Shown here: piece by piece, positions 39,778 to 55,089 of the stretch
How positions within the stretch are numbered: position 1 is the first letter of the stretch
How the letters are laid out: each line of letters begins with the position of its first letter
NCBI GenBank assembly: GCA_964057225.1
Contig: CAXKVF010000072.1
Location: 186,001 to 250,000, forward strand
Source of the DNA: Auanema rhodensis
Lineage: Eukaryota > Animalia > Nematoda
Length of the DNA stretch: 64,000 nt
Direction of reading: 5' to 3'
Notes under the pieces: generated by a model
The model's input: the letters and a program-made list of their open reading frames with translations, nothing else
Databases searched by the model: none
Told to the model about the DNA's origin: nothing
Translations under genes and position numbers: made by a program

Positions 39778-42700
39778 TTTAATTAGCATAAATTAAAGTT
39801 CACGTAAATTTCAAAGTCATGGTTACCATGCACCAATATCAATAAAAATTTGTTTTTAGACTAATATGGACATGGGGAATCTAATTTTGAAAACCGCATC
39901 TCTTCATATTTCACGTGAAGCGAGTTACATACCAAGTGCACATCACGTGTACATTTAATTAGCATAAATTAAAGTTCACGTAAATTTCAAAGTCATGGTT
40001 ACCATGAACCAATATCAATAAAAATTGGTTATTAGACTAATATGGACATGGGGAATCTAATTTTGAAAACCGCATCTCTTTATCTTTCACGTGAAGCGAG
40101 TTACATACCAAGTGCACATCACGTGTACATTTAATTAGCATAAATTAAAGTTCACGTAAATTTCAAAGTCATGGTTACCATGCACCAATATCAATAAAAA
40201 TTTGTTTTTAGACTAATATGGACATGGGGAATCTAATTTTGAAAACCGCATCTCTTTATCTTCCACGTGAAGCGAGTTACATACCAAGTGCACATCACGT
40301 GTACATTTAATTAGCATAAATTAAAGTTCACGTAAATTTCAAAGTCATGGTTACCATGAACCAATATCAATAAAAATTTGTTTTTAGACTAATATGTACA
40401 TGTGGAATCTAATTTTGAAAACCGCATCTCTTTATCTTTCACGTGAAGCGAGTTACATACCAAGTGCACATCACGTGTACATTTAATTAGCATAAATTAA
40501 AGTTCACGTAAATTTCAAAGTCATGGTTACCATGCACCAATATCAATAAAAATCTGTTTTTAGACTAATATGGACATGGGGAATCTAATTTTGAAAACCG
40601 CATCTCTTTATCTTTCACGTGAAGCGAGTTACATACCAAGTGCACATCACGTGTACATTTAATTAGCATAAATTAAAGTTCACGTAAATTTCAAAGTCAT
40701 GGTTACCATGCACCAATATCAATAAAAATTTGTTTTTAGACTAATATGGACATGGGGAATCTAATTTTGAAAACCGCATCTCTTTATCTTTCACGTGAAG
40801 CGAGTTACATATCAAGTGCACATCACGTGTACATTTAATTAGCATAAATTAAAGTTCACGTAAATTTCAAAGTCATGGTTACCATTAACCAATATCAATA
40901 AAAATTTGTTTTTAGACTAATATGGACATGGGGAATCTAATTTTGAAAACCGCATCTCTTTATCTTTCACGTGAAGCGAGTTACATACCAAGTGCACATC
41001 ACGTGTACATTTAATTAGCATAAATTAAAGTTCACGTAAATTTCAAAGTCATGGTTACCATGCACCAATATCAATAAAAATTTGTTTTTAGACTAATATG
41101 GACATAGGGAATCTAATTTTGAAAACCGCATCTCTTTATCTTTCACGTGAAGCGAGTTACATACCAAGTGCACATCACGTGCACATTTAATTAGCATAAA
41201 TTAAAGTTCACGTAAATTTCAAAGTCATGGTTACCATGCACCAATATCAATAAAAATTTGTTTTTAGACTAATATGGACATGGGGAATCTAATGTTGAAA
41301 ACCGCATCTCTTTATCTTTCACGTGAAGCGAGTTACATACCAAGTGCACATCACGTGTACATTTAATTAGCATAAATTAAAGTTCACGTAAATTTCAAAG
41401 TCATGGTTACCATGAACCAATATCAATAAAAATTTGTTTTTAGACTAATATGTACATGGGGAATCTAATTTTGAAAACCGCATCTCTTTATCTTTCACGT
41501 GAAGCGAGTTACATACCAAGTGCACATCACGTGTACAATTAATTAGCATAAATTAAAGTTCACGTAAATTTCAAAGTCATGGTTACCATGCACCAATATC
41601 AATAAAAATTTGTTTTTAGACTAATATGGACATGGGGAATCTAATTTTGAAAACCGCATCTCTTTATCTTTCACGTGAAGCGAGTTACATACCAAGTGCA
41701 CATCACGTGTACATTTAATTAGCATAAATTAAAGTTCACGTAAATTTCAAAGTCATGGTTACCATGAACCAATATCAATAAAAATTTGTATTTAGACTAA
41801 TATGTACATGGGGAATCTAATTTTGAAAACCGCATCTCTTTATCTTTCACGTGAAGCGAGTTACATACCAAGTGCACATCACGTGTACAATTAATTAGCA
41901 TAAATTAAAGTTCACGTAAATTTCAAAGTCATGGTTACCATGAACCAATATCAATAAAAATTTGTTTTTAGACTAATATGGACATGGGGAATCTAATTTT
42001 GAAAACCGCATTTCTTTATCTTTCACGTGAAGCGAGTTACATACCAAGTGCACATCACGTGTACATTTAATTAGCATAAATTAAAGTTCACGTAAATTTC
42101 AAAGTCATGGTTACCATGAACCAATATCAATAAAAATTTGTTTTTAGACTAATATGGACATGGGGAATCAAATTTTGAAAACCGCATCTCTTTATCTTTC
42201 ACGTGAAGCGAGTTACATACCAAGTGCACATCACGTGTACATTTAATTAGCATAAATTAAAGTTCACGTAGATTTCAAAGTCATGGTTACCATGAACCAG
42301 TATCAATAAAAATTTGTTTTTAGACTAATATGGACATGGGGAATCTAATTTTGAAAACCGCATCACTTTATCTTTCACGTGAAGCGAGTTACATTCCAAG
42401 TGCACATCACGTGTACATTTAATTAGCATAAATTAAAGTTCACGTAAATTTCAAAGTCATGGTTACCATGCACCAATATCAATAAAAATTTGTTTTTAGA
42501 CTAATATGGACATGGGGAATCTAATGTTGAAAACCGCATCTTTTTATCTTTCACGTGAAGCGAGTTACATACCAAGTGCACATCACGTGTACATTTAATT
42601 AGCATAAATTAAAGTTCACGTAAATTTCAAAGTCATGGTTACCATGAACCAATATCAATAAAAATTTGTTTTTAGACTAATATGGACATGGGGAATCTAA

Positions 42701-45700
42701 TTTTGAAAACCGCATCTCTTTATCTTTCACGTGAAGCGAGTTACATACCAAGTGCACATCACGTGCACATTTAATTAGCATAAATTAAAGTTCACGTAAA
42801 TTTCAAAGTCATGGTTACCATGCACCAATATCAATAAAAATTTGTTTTTAGACTAATATGGACATGGGGAATCTAATGTTGAAAACCGCATCTTTTTATC
42901 TTTCACGTGAAGCGAGTTACATACCAAGTGCACATCACGTGTACATTTAATTAGCATAAATTAAAGTTCACGTAAATTTCAAAGTCATGGTTACCATGAA
43001 CCAATATCAATAAAAATTTGTTTTTAGACTAATATGGACATGGGGAATCTAATGTTGAAAACCGCATCTCTTTATCTTTCACGTGAAGCGAGTTGCATAC
43101 CAAGTGCACATCACGTGTACATTTAATTAGCATAAATTAAAGTTCACGTAAATTTCAAAGTCATGGTTACCATGAACCAATATCAATAAAAATTTGTTTT
43201 TAGACTAATATGGACATGGGGAATCTAATTTTGAAAACCGCATCTCTTTATCTTTCACGTGAAGCGAGTTACATACCAAGTGCACATCACGTGTACTTTT
43301 AATTAGCATAAATTAAAGTTCACGTAAATTTCAAAGTCATGGTTACCATGCACCAATATCAATAAAAATTTGTTTTTAGACTAATATGGACATGGGGAAT
43401 CTAATTTTGTAAACCGCATCTCTTTATCTTCCACGTGAAGCGAGTTACATACCAAGTGCACATCACGTGTACATTTAATTAGCATAAATTAAAGTTCACG
43501 TAAATTTCAAAGTCATGGTTACCATGAACCAATATCAATAAAAATTTGTTTTTAGACTAATATGGACATGGGGAATCTAATTTTGAAAACCGCATCTCTT
43601 TATCTTCCACGTGAAGCGAGTTACATACCAAGTGCACATCACGTGTACATTTAATTAGCATAAATTAAAGTTCACGTAAATTTCAAAGTCATGGTTACCA
43701 TGAACCAATATCAATAAAAATTTGTTTTTAGACTAATATGGACATGGGGAATCAAATTTTGAAAACCGCATCTCTTTATCTTTCACGTGAAGCGAGTTAC
43801 ATACCAAGTGCACATCACGTGTACATTTAATTAGCATAAATTAAAGTTCACGTAAATTTCAAAGTCATGGTTACCATGAACCAATATCAATAAAAATTTG
43901 TTTTTAGACTAATATGGACATGGGGAATCTAATTTTGGAAACCGCATCACTTTATCTTTCACGTGAAGCGAGTTACATACCAAGTGCACATCACGTGTAC
44001 ATTTAATTAGCATAAATTAAAGTTCACGTAAATTTCAAAGTCATGGTTACCATGCACCAATATCAATAAAAATTTGTTTTTAGACTAATATGGACATGGG
44101 GAATCTAATTTTGAAAACCGCATCTCTTTATCTTTCACGTGAAGCGAGTTACATACCAAGTGCACATCACGTGTACATTTAATTAGCATAAATTAAAGTT
44201 CACGTAAATTTCAAAGTCATGGTTACCATGCACCAATATCAATAAAAATTTGTTTTTAGACTAATATGGACATGGGGAATCTAATTTTGAAAACCGCATC
44301 TCTTTATCTTTCACGTGAAGCGAGTTACATACCAAGTGCACATCACGTGTACATTTAATTAGCATAAATTAAAGTTCACGTAAATTTCAAAGTCATGGTT
44401 ACTATGAAGCAATATCAATAAAAATTTGTTTTTAGACTAATATGGACATGGGGAAGCTAATTTTGAAAACCGCATCTCTTTATCTTTCACGTGAAGCGAG
44501 TTACATACCAAGTGCACATCACGTGTACAATTAATTAGCATAAATTAAAGTTCACGTAAATTTCAAAGTCATGGTTACCATTAACCAATATCAATAAAAA
44601 TTTGTTTTTAGACTAATATGGACATGGGGAATCTAATTTTGAAAACCGCATCTCTTTATCTTTCACGTGAAGCGAGTTACATATCAAGTGCACATCACGT
44701 GTACATTTAATTAGCATAAATTAAAGTTCACGTAAATTTCAAAGTCATGGTTACCATTAACCAATATCAATAAAAATTTGTTTTTAGACTAATATGGACA
44801 TGGGGAATCTAATTTTGAAAACCGCATCTCTTTATCTTTCAAGTGAAGCGAGTTACATACCAAGTGCACATCACGTGTACATTTAATTAGCATAAATTAA
44901 AGTTCACGTAAATTTCAAAGTCATGGTTACCATGAAGCAATATCAATAAAAATTTGTTTTTAGACTAATATGGACATGGGGAATCTAATTTTGAAAACCG
45001 CATCTCTTCATCTTTCACGTGAAGCGAGTTACATACCAAGTGCACATCACGTGTACATTTAATTAGCATAAATTAAAGTTCACGTAAATTTCAAAGTCAT
45101 GGTTACCATGCACCAATATCAATAAAAATTTGTTTTTAGACTAATATGGACATGGGGAATCTAATTTTGAAAACCGCATCTCTTTATCTTTCATGTGAAG
45201 CGAGTTACATACCAAGTGCACATCACGTGTACATTTAATTAGCATAAATTAAAGTTCACGTAAATTTCAAAGTCATGGTTACCATGAAGCATTATCAATA
45301 AAAATTTGTTTTTAGACTAATATGGACATGGGGAATCTAATTTTGAAAACCGCATCTCTTTATCTTTCACGTGAAGCGAGTTACATACCAAGTGCACATC
45401 ACGTGTACATTTAATTAGCATAAATTAAAGTTCACGTAAATTTCAAAGTCATGGTTACCATGAACCAATATCAATAAAAATTTGTTTTTAGACTAATATG
45501 GACATGGGGAATCTAATTTTGAAAACCGCATCTCTTTATCTTTCACGTGAAGCGAGTTACATACCAAGTGCACATCACGTGTACATTTAATTAGCATAAA
45601 TTAAAGTTCACGTAAATTTCAAAGTCATGGTTACCATGAACCAATATCAATAAAAATTTGTTTTTAGACTAATATGGACATGGGGAATCTAATTTTGAAA

Positions 45701-48700
45701 ACCGCATCTCTTTATCTTTCACGTGAAGCGAGTTACATACCAAGTGCACATCACGTGTACATTTAATTAGCATAAATTAAAGTTCACGTAAATTTCAAAG
45801 TCATGGTTACTATGAAGCAATATCAATAAAAATTTGTTTTTAGACTAATATGGACATGGGGAAGCTAATTTTGAAAACCGCATCTCTTTATCTTTCACGT
45901 GAAGCGAGTTACATACCAAGTGCACATCACGTGTACATTTAATTAGCATAAATTAAAGTTCACGTAAATTTCAAAGTCATGGTTACCATGCACCAATATC
46001 AATAAAAATTTGTTTTTAGACTAATATGGACATGGGGAATCTAATTTTGAAAACCGCATCTCTTTATCTTTCATGTGAAGCGAGTTACATACCAAGTGCA
46101 CATCACGTGTACATTTAATTAGCATAAATTAAAGTTCACGTAAATTTCAAAGTCATGGTTACCATGAAGCATTATCAATAAAAATTTGTTTTTAGACTAA
46201 TATGGACATGGGGAATCTAATTTTGAAAACCGCATCTCTTTATCTTTCACGTGAAGCGAGTTACATACCAAGTGCACATCACGTGTACATTTAATTAGCA
46301 TAAATTAAAGTTCACGTAAATTTCAAAGTCATGGTTACCATGCACCAATATCAATAAAAATTTGTTTTTAAACTAATATAGACATGGGGAATCTAATTTT
46401 GAAAACCGCATCTCTTTATCTTTCACGTGAAGCGAGTTACATACCAAGTGCACATCACGTGTACATTTAATTAGCATAAATTAAAGTTCACGTAAATTTC
46501 AAAGTCATGGTTACCATGAACCAATATCAATAAAAATTTGTTTTTAGACTAATATGGACATGGGGAATCTAATTTTGAAAACCGCATCTCTTTATCTTTC
46601 ACGTGAAGCGAGTTACATACCAAGTGCACATCACGTGTACATTTAATTAGCATAAATTAAAGTTCACGTAAATTTCAAAGTCATGGTTACCATGCACCAA
46701 TATCAATAAAAATTTGTTTTTAGACTAATATGGACATGGGGAATCTAATTTTGAAAACCGCATCTCTTCATCTTTCACGTGAAGCGAGTTACATACCAAG
46801 TGCACATCACGTGTACATTTAATTAGCATAAATTAAAGTTCACGTAAATTTCAAAGTCATGGTTACCATGAACCAATATCAATAAAAATTTGTTTTTAGA
46901 CTAATATGGACATGGGGAATCTAATTTTGAAAACCGCATCTCTTTATCTTTCACGTGAAGCGAGTTACATACCAAGTGCACATCACGTGTACATTTAATT
47001 AGCATAAATTAAAGTTCACGTAAATTTCAAAGTCATGGTTACTATGAAGCAATATCAATAAAAATTTGTTTTTAGACTAATATGGACATGGGGAATCTAA
47101 TTTTGAAAACCGCATCTCTTTATCTTTCACGTGAAGCGAGTTACATACCAAGTGCACATCACGTGTACATTTAATTAGCATAAATTAAAGTTCACGTAAA
47201 TTTCAAAGTCATGGTTACCATGAAGCAATATCAATAAAAATTTGTTTTTAGACTAATATGGACATGGGGAATCTAATTTTGAAAACCGCATCTCTTTATC
47301 TTTCACGTGAAGCGAGTTACATACCAAGTGCACATCACGTGTACATTTAATTAGCATAAATTAAAGTTCACGTAAATTTTAAAGTCATGGTTACCATGAA
47401 CCAATATCAATAAAAACTTGTTTTTAGACTAATATGGACATGGGGAATCTAATTTTGAAAACCGCATCTCTTTATCTTTCACGTGAAGCGAGTTACATAC
47501 CAAGTGCACATCACGTGTACATTTAATTAGCATAAATTAAAGTTCACGTAAATTTCAAAGTCATGGTTACCATGAACCAATATCAATAAAAATTTGTTTT
47601 TAGACTAATATGGACATGGGGAATCTAATTTTGAAAACCGCATCTCTTTATCTTTCACGTGAAGCGAGTTACATACCAAGTGCACATCACGTGTACATTT
47701 AATTAGCATAAATTAAAGTTCACGTAAATTTCAAAGTCATGGTTACCATGAACCAATATCAATAAAAATTTGTTTTTAGACTAATATGGACATGAGGAAT
47801 CTAATTTTGAAAACCGCATCTCTTTATCTTTCACGTGAAGCGAGTTACATACCAAGTGCACATCACGTGTACATTTAATTAGCATAAATTAAAGTTCACG
47901 TAAATTTCAAAGTCATGGTTACCATGAACCAATATCAATAAAAATTTGTTTTTAGACTAATATGGACATGGGGAATCTAATTTTGAAAACCGCATCTCTT
48001 TATCTTTCACGTGAAGCGAGTTACATACCAAGTGCACATCACGTGTACATTTAATTAGCATAAATTAAAGTTCACGTAAATTTCAAAGTCATGGTTACCA
48101 TGCACCAATATCAATAAAAATTTGTTTTTAGACTAATATGGACATGGGGAATCTAATTTTGAAAACCGCATTTCTTTATCTTTCACGTGAAGCGAGTTAC
48201 ATACCAAGTGCACATCACGTGTACATTTAATTAGCATAAATTAAAGTTCACGTAAAATTCAAAGTCATGGTTACCATGAAGCAATATCAATAAAAATTTG
48301 TTTTTAGACTAATATGGACATGGGGAATCTAATTTTGAAAACCGCATCTCTTTATCTTTCATGTGAAGCGAGTTACATACCAAGTGCACATCACGTGTAC
48401 ATTTAATTAGCATAAATTAAAGTTCACGTAAATTTTAAAGTCATGGTTACCATGAACCAATATCAATAAAAATTTGTTTTTAGACTAATATGGACATGGG
48501 GAATCTAATTTTGAAAACCGCATCTCTTTATCTTTCACGTGAAGCGAGTTACATACCAAGTGCACATCACGTGTACATTTAATTAGCATAAATTAAAGTT
48601 CACGTAAATTTCAAAGTCATGGTTACCATGAACCAATATCAATAAAAATTTGTTTTTAGACTAATATGGACATGGGGAATCTAATTTTGAAAACCGCATC

Positions 48701-51393
48701 TCTTTATCTTTCACGTGAAGCGAGTTACATACCAAGTGCACATCACGTGTACATTTAATTAGCATAAATTAAAGTTCACGTAAATTTTAAAGTCATGGTT
48801 ACCATGAACCAATATCAATAAAAACTTGTTTTTAGACTAATATGGACATGGGGAATCTAATTTTGAAAACCGCATCTCTTTATCTTTCACGTGAAGCGAG
48901 TTACATACCAAGTGCACATCACGTGTACATTTAATTAGCATAAATTAAAGTTCACGTAAATTTCAAAGTCATGGTTACCATGAACCAATATCAATAAAAA
49001 TTTGTTTTTAGACTAATATGGACATGGGGAATCTAATTTTGAAAACCGCATCTCTTTATCTTTCACGTGAAGCGAGTTACATACCAAGTGCACATCACGT
49101 GTACATTTAATTAGCATAAATTAAAGTTCACGTAAATTTCAAAGTCATGGTTACCATGAACCAATATCAATAAAAATTTGTTTTTAGACTAATATGGACA
49201 TGGGGAATCTAATTTTGAAAACCGCATCTCTTCATCTTTCACGTGAAGCGAGTTACATACCAAGTGCACATCACGTGTACATTTAATTAGCATAAATTAA
49301 AGTTCACGTAAATTTCAAAGTCATGGTTACCATGCACCAATATCAATAAAAATTTGTTTTTAGACTAATATGGACATGGGGAATCTAATTTTGAAAACCG
49401 CATCTCTTTATCTTTCATGTGAAGCGAGTTACATACCAAGTGCACATCACGTGTACATTTAATTAGCATAAATTAAAGTTCACGTAAATTTCAAAGTCAT
49501 GGTTACCATGAAGCATTATCAATAAAAATTTGTTTTTAGACTAATATGGACATGGGGAATCTAATTTTGAAAACCGCATCTCTTTATCTTTCACGTGAAG
49601 CGAGTTACATACCAAGTGCACATCACGTGTACATTTAATTAGCATAAATTAAAGTTCACGTAAATTTCAAAGTCATGGTTACCATGAAGCAATATCAATA
49701 AAAATTTGTTTTTAGACTAATATGGACATGGGGAATCTAATTTTGAAAACCGCATCTCTTTATCTTTCATGTGAAGCGAGTTACATACCAAGTGCACATC
49801 ACGTGTACATTTAATTAGCATAAATTAAAGTTCACGTAAATTTTAAAGTCATGGTTACCATGAACCAATATCAATAAAAATTTGTTTTTAGACTAATATG
49901 GACATGGGGAATCTAATTTTGAAAACCGCATCTCTTTATCTTTCACGTGAAGCGAGTTACATACCAAGTGCACATCACGTGTACATTTAATTAGCATAAA
50001 TTAAAGTTCACGTAAATTTCAAAGTCATGGTTACCATGAACCAATATCAATAAAAATTTGTTTTTAGACTAATATGGACATGGGGAATCTAATTTTGAAA
50101 ACCGCATCTCTTTATCTTTCACGTGAAGCGAGTTACATACCAAGTGCACATCACGTGTACATTTAATTAGCATAAATTAAAGTTCACGTAAATTTCAAAG
50201 TCATGGTTACCATGAACCAATATCAATAAAAATTTGTTTTTAGACTAATATGGACATGGGGAATCTAATTTTGAAAACCGCATCTCTTCATCTTTCACGT
50301 GAAGCGAGTTACATACCAAGTGCACATCACGTGTACATTTAATTAGCATAAATTAAAGTTCACGTAAATTTCAAAGTCATGGTTACCATGCACCAATATC
50401 AATAAAAATTTGTTTTTAGACTAATATGGACATGGGGAATCTAATTTTGAAAACCGCATCTCTTTATCTTTCATGTGAAGCGAGTTACATACCAAGTGCA
50501 CATCACGTGTACATTTAATTAGCATAAATTAAAGTTCACGTAAATTTCAAAGTCATGGTTACCATGAAGCATTATCAATAAAAATTTGTTTTTAGACTAA
50601 TATGGACATGGGGAATCTAATTTTGAAAACCGCATCTCTTTATCTTTCACGTGAAGCGAGTTACATACCAAGTGCACATCACGTGTACATTTAATTAGCA
50701 TAAATTAAAGTTCACGTAAATTTCAAAGTCATGGTTACCATGAACCAATATCAATAAAAATTTGTTTTTAGACTAATATGGACATGGGGAATCTAATTTT
50801 GAAAACCGCATCTCTTTATCTTTCACGTGAAGCGAGTTACATACCAAGTGCACATCACGTGTACATTTAATTAGCATAAATTAAAGTTCACGTAAATTTC
50901 AAAGTCATGGTTACTATGAAGCAATATCAATAAAAATTTGTTTTTAGACTAATATGGACATGGGGAATCTAATTTTGAAAACCGCATCTCTTTATCTTTC
51001 ACGTGAAGCGAGTTACATACCAAGTGCACATCACGTGTACATTTAATTAGCATAAATTAAAGTTCACGTAAATTTCAAAGTCATGGTTACCATGAAGCAA
51101 TATCAATAAAAATTTGTTTTTAGACTAATATGGACATGGGGAATCTAATTTTGAAAACCGCATCTCTTTATCTTTCACGTGAAGCGAGTTACATACCAAG
51201 TGCACATCACGTGTACATTTAATTAGCATAAATTAAAGTTCACGTAAACTTCAAAGTCATGGTTACCATGAAGCAATATCAATAAAAATTTGTTTTTAGA
51301 CTAATATGGACATGGGGAATCTAATTTTGAAAACCGCATCTCTTTATCTTTCACGTGAAGCGAGTTACATACCAAGTGCACATCACGTGTACA

Positions 51394-54209
51394 TTTAATT
51401 AGCATAAATTAAAGTTCACGTAAATTTCAAAGTCATGGTTACAATGAACCAATATCAATAAAAATTTGTTTTTAGACTAATATGGACATGGGGAATCTAA
51501 TTTTGAAAACCGCATCTCTTTCTCTTTCACGTGAAGCGAGTTACATACCAAGTGCACATCACGTGTACATTTAATTAGCATAAATTAAAGTTCACGTAAA
51601 TTTCAAAGTCATGGTTACCATGAACCAATATCAATAAAAATTTGTTTTTAGACTAATATGGACATGGGGAATCTAATTTTGAAAACCGCATCTCTTTATC
51701 TTTCACGTGAAGCGAGTTACATACCAAGTGCACATCACGTGTACATTTAATTAGCATAAATTAAAGTTCACGTAAATTTCAAAGTCATGGTTACCATGAA
51801 CCAATATCAATAAAAATTTGTTTTTAGACTAATATGGACATGGGGAATCTAATTTTGAAAACCGCATTTCTTTATCTTTCACGTGAAGCGAGTTACATAC
51901 CAAGTGCACATCACGTGTACATTTAATTAGCATAAATTAAAGTTCACGTAAATTTCAAAGTCATGGTTACCATGCACCAATATCAATAAAAATTTGTTTT
52001 TAGACTAATATGGACATGGGGAATCTAATTTTGAAAACCGCATCTCTTTATCTTTCACGTGAAGCGAGTTACATACCAAGTGCACATCACGTGTACATTT
52101 AATTAGCATAAATTAAAGTTCACGTAAATTTCAAAGTCATGGTTACAATGAACCAATATCAATAAAAATTTGTTTTTAGACTAATATGGACATGGGGAAT
52201 CTAATTTTGAAAACCGCATCTCTTTATCTTTCACGTGAAGCGAGTTACATACCAAGTGCACATCACGTGTACATTTAATTAGCATAAATTAAAGTTCACG
52301 TAAATTTCAAAGTCATGGTTACCATGAACCAATATCAATAAAAATTTGTTTTTAGACTAATATGGACATGGGGAATCTAATTTTGAAAACCGCATCTCTT
52401 TATCTTTCACGTGAAGCGAGTTACATACCAAGTGCACATCACGTGTACATTTAATTAGCATAAATTAAAGTTCACGTAAATTTCAAAGTCATGGTTACCA
52501 TGAAGCAATATCAATAAAAATTTGTTTTTAGACTAATATGGACATGGGGAATCTAATTTTGAAAACCGCATCTCTTTATCTTTCACGTGAAGCGAGTTAC
52601 ATACCAAGTGCACATCACGTGTACATTTAATTAGCATAAATTAAAGTTCACGTAAACTTCAAAGTCATGGTTACCATGAAGCAATATCAATAAAAATTTG
52701 TTTTTAGACTAATATGGACATGGGGAATCTAATTTTGAAAACCGCATCTCTTTATCTTTCACGTGAAGCGAGTTACATACCAAGTGCACATCACGTGTAC
52801 ATTTAATTAGCATAAATTAAAGTTCACGTAAATTTCAAAGTCATGGTTACCATGCACCAATATCAATAAAAATTTGTTTTTAGACTAATATGGACATGGG
52901 GAATCTAATTTTGAAAACCGCATTTCTTTATCTTTCACGTGAAGCGAGTTACATACCAAGTGCACATCACGTGTACATTTAATTAGCATAAATTAAAGTT
53001 CACGTAAAATTCAAAGTCATGGTTACCATGAAGCAATATCAATAAAAATTTGTTTTTAGACTAATATGGACATGGGGAATCTAATTTTGAAAACCGCATC
53101 TCTTTATCTTTCACGTGAAGCGAGTTACATACCAAGTGCACATCACGTGTACATTTAATTAGCATAAATTAAAGTTCACGTAAATTTCAAAGTCATGGTT
53201 ACAATGAACCAATATCAATAAAAATTTGTTTTTAGACTAATATGGACATGGGGAATCTAATTTTGAAAACCGCATCTCTTTCTCTTTCACGTGAAGCGAG
53301 TTACATACCAAGTGCACATCACGTGTACATTTAATTAGCATAAATTAAAGTTCACGTAAATTTCAAAGTCATGGTTACCATGAACCAATATCAATAAAAA
53401 TTTGTTTTTAGACTAATATGGACATGGGGAATCTAATTTTGAAAACCGCATCTCTTTATCTTTCACGTGAAGCGAGTTACATACCAAGTGCACATCACGT
53501 GTACATTTAATTAGCATAAATTAAAGTTCACGTAAATTTCAAAGTCATGGTTACCATGAACCAATATCAATAAAAATTTGTTTTTAGACTAATATGGACA
53601 TGGGGAATCTAATTTTGAAAACCGCATTTCTTTATCTTTCACGTGAAGCGAGTTACATACCAAGTGCACATCACGTGTACATTTAATTAGCATAAATTAA
53701 AGTTCACGTAAATTTCAAAGTCATGGTTACCATGCACCAATATCAATAAAAATTTGTTTTTAGACTAATATGGACATGGGGAATCTAATTTTGAAAACCG
53801 CATCTCTTTATCTTTCACGTGAAGCGAGTTACATACCAAGTGCACATCACGTGTACATTTAATTAGCATAAATTAAAGTTCACGTAAATTTCAAAGTCAT
53901 GGTTACAATGAACCAATATCAATAAAAATTTGTTTTTAGACTAATATGGACATGGGGAATCTAATTTTGAAAACCGCATCTCTTTATCTTTCACGTGAAG
54001 CGAGTTACATACCAAGTGCACATCACGTGTACATTTAATTAGCATAAATTAAAGTTCACGTAAATTTCAAAGTCATGGTTACCATGAACCAATATCAATA
54101 AAAATTTGTTTTTAGACTAATATGGACATGGGGAATCTAATTTTGAAAACCGCATCTCTTTATCTTTCACGTGAAGCGAGTTACATACCAAGTGCACATC
54201 ACGTGTACA
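51394..54209. repeat. 6-monomer block duplicated at a 10-monomer offset (51394-52449 and 53154-54209)
   Basis: The series C50A+A129C / none / C123T / C54 / C50A / none occurs in monomers 293-298 and 303-308. Confidence 0.8.
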
Positions 54210-55089
54210 TTTAATTAGCATAAATTAAAGTTCACGTAAATTTTAAAGTCATGGTTACCATGAACCAATATCAATAAAAATTTGTTTTTAGACTAATATG
54301 GACATGGGGAATCTAATTTTGAAAACCGCATCTCTTTATCTTTCACGTGAAGCGAGTTACATACCAAGTGCACATCACGTGTACATTTAATTAGCATAAA
54401 TTAAAGTTCACGTAAATTTCAAAGTCATGGTTACCATGAACCAATATCAATAAAAATTTGTTTTTAGACTAATATGGACATGGGGAATCTAATTTTGAAA
54501 ACCGCATTTCTTTATCTTTCACGTGAAGCGAGTTACATACCAAGTGCACATCACGTGTACATTTAATTAGCATAAATTAAAGTTCACGTAAATTTCAAAG
54601 TCATGGTTACCATGCACCAATATCAATAAAAATTTGTTTTTAGACTAATATGGACATGGGGAATCTAATTTTGAAAACCGCATCTCTTTATCTTTCACGT
54701 GAAGCGAGTTACATACCAAGTGCACATCACGTGTACATTTAATTAGCATAAATTTAAGTTCACGTAAATTTCAAAGTCATGGTTACCATGCACCAATATC
54801 AATAAAAATTTGTTTTTAGACTAATATGGACATGGGGAATCTAATTTTGAAAACCGCATCTCTTTATCTTTCACGTGAAGCGAGTTACATACCAAGTGCA
54901 CAGCACGTGTACATTTAATTAGCATAAATTAAAGTTCACGTAAATTTCAAAGTCATGGTTACCATGAACCAATATCAATAAAAATTTGTTTTTAGACTAA
55001 TATGGACATGGGGAATCTAATTTTGAAAACCGCATCTCTTTATCTTTCACGTGAAGCGAGTTACATACCAAGTGCACATCACGTGTACA

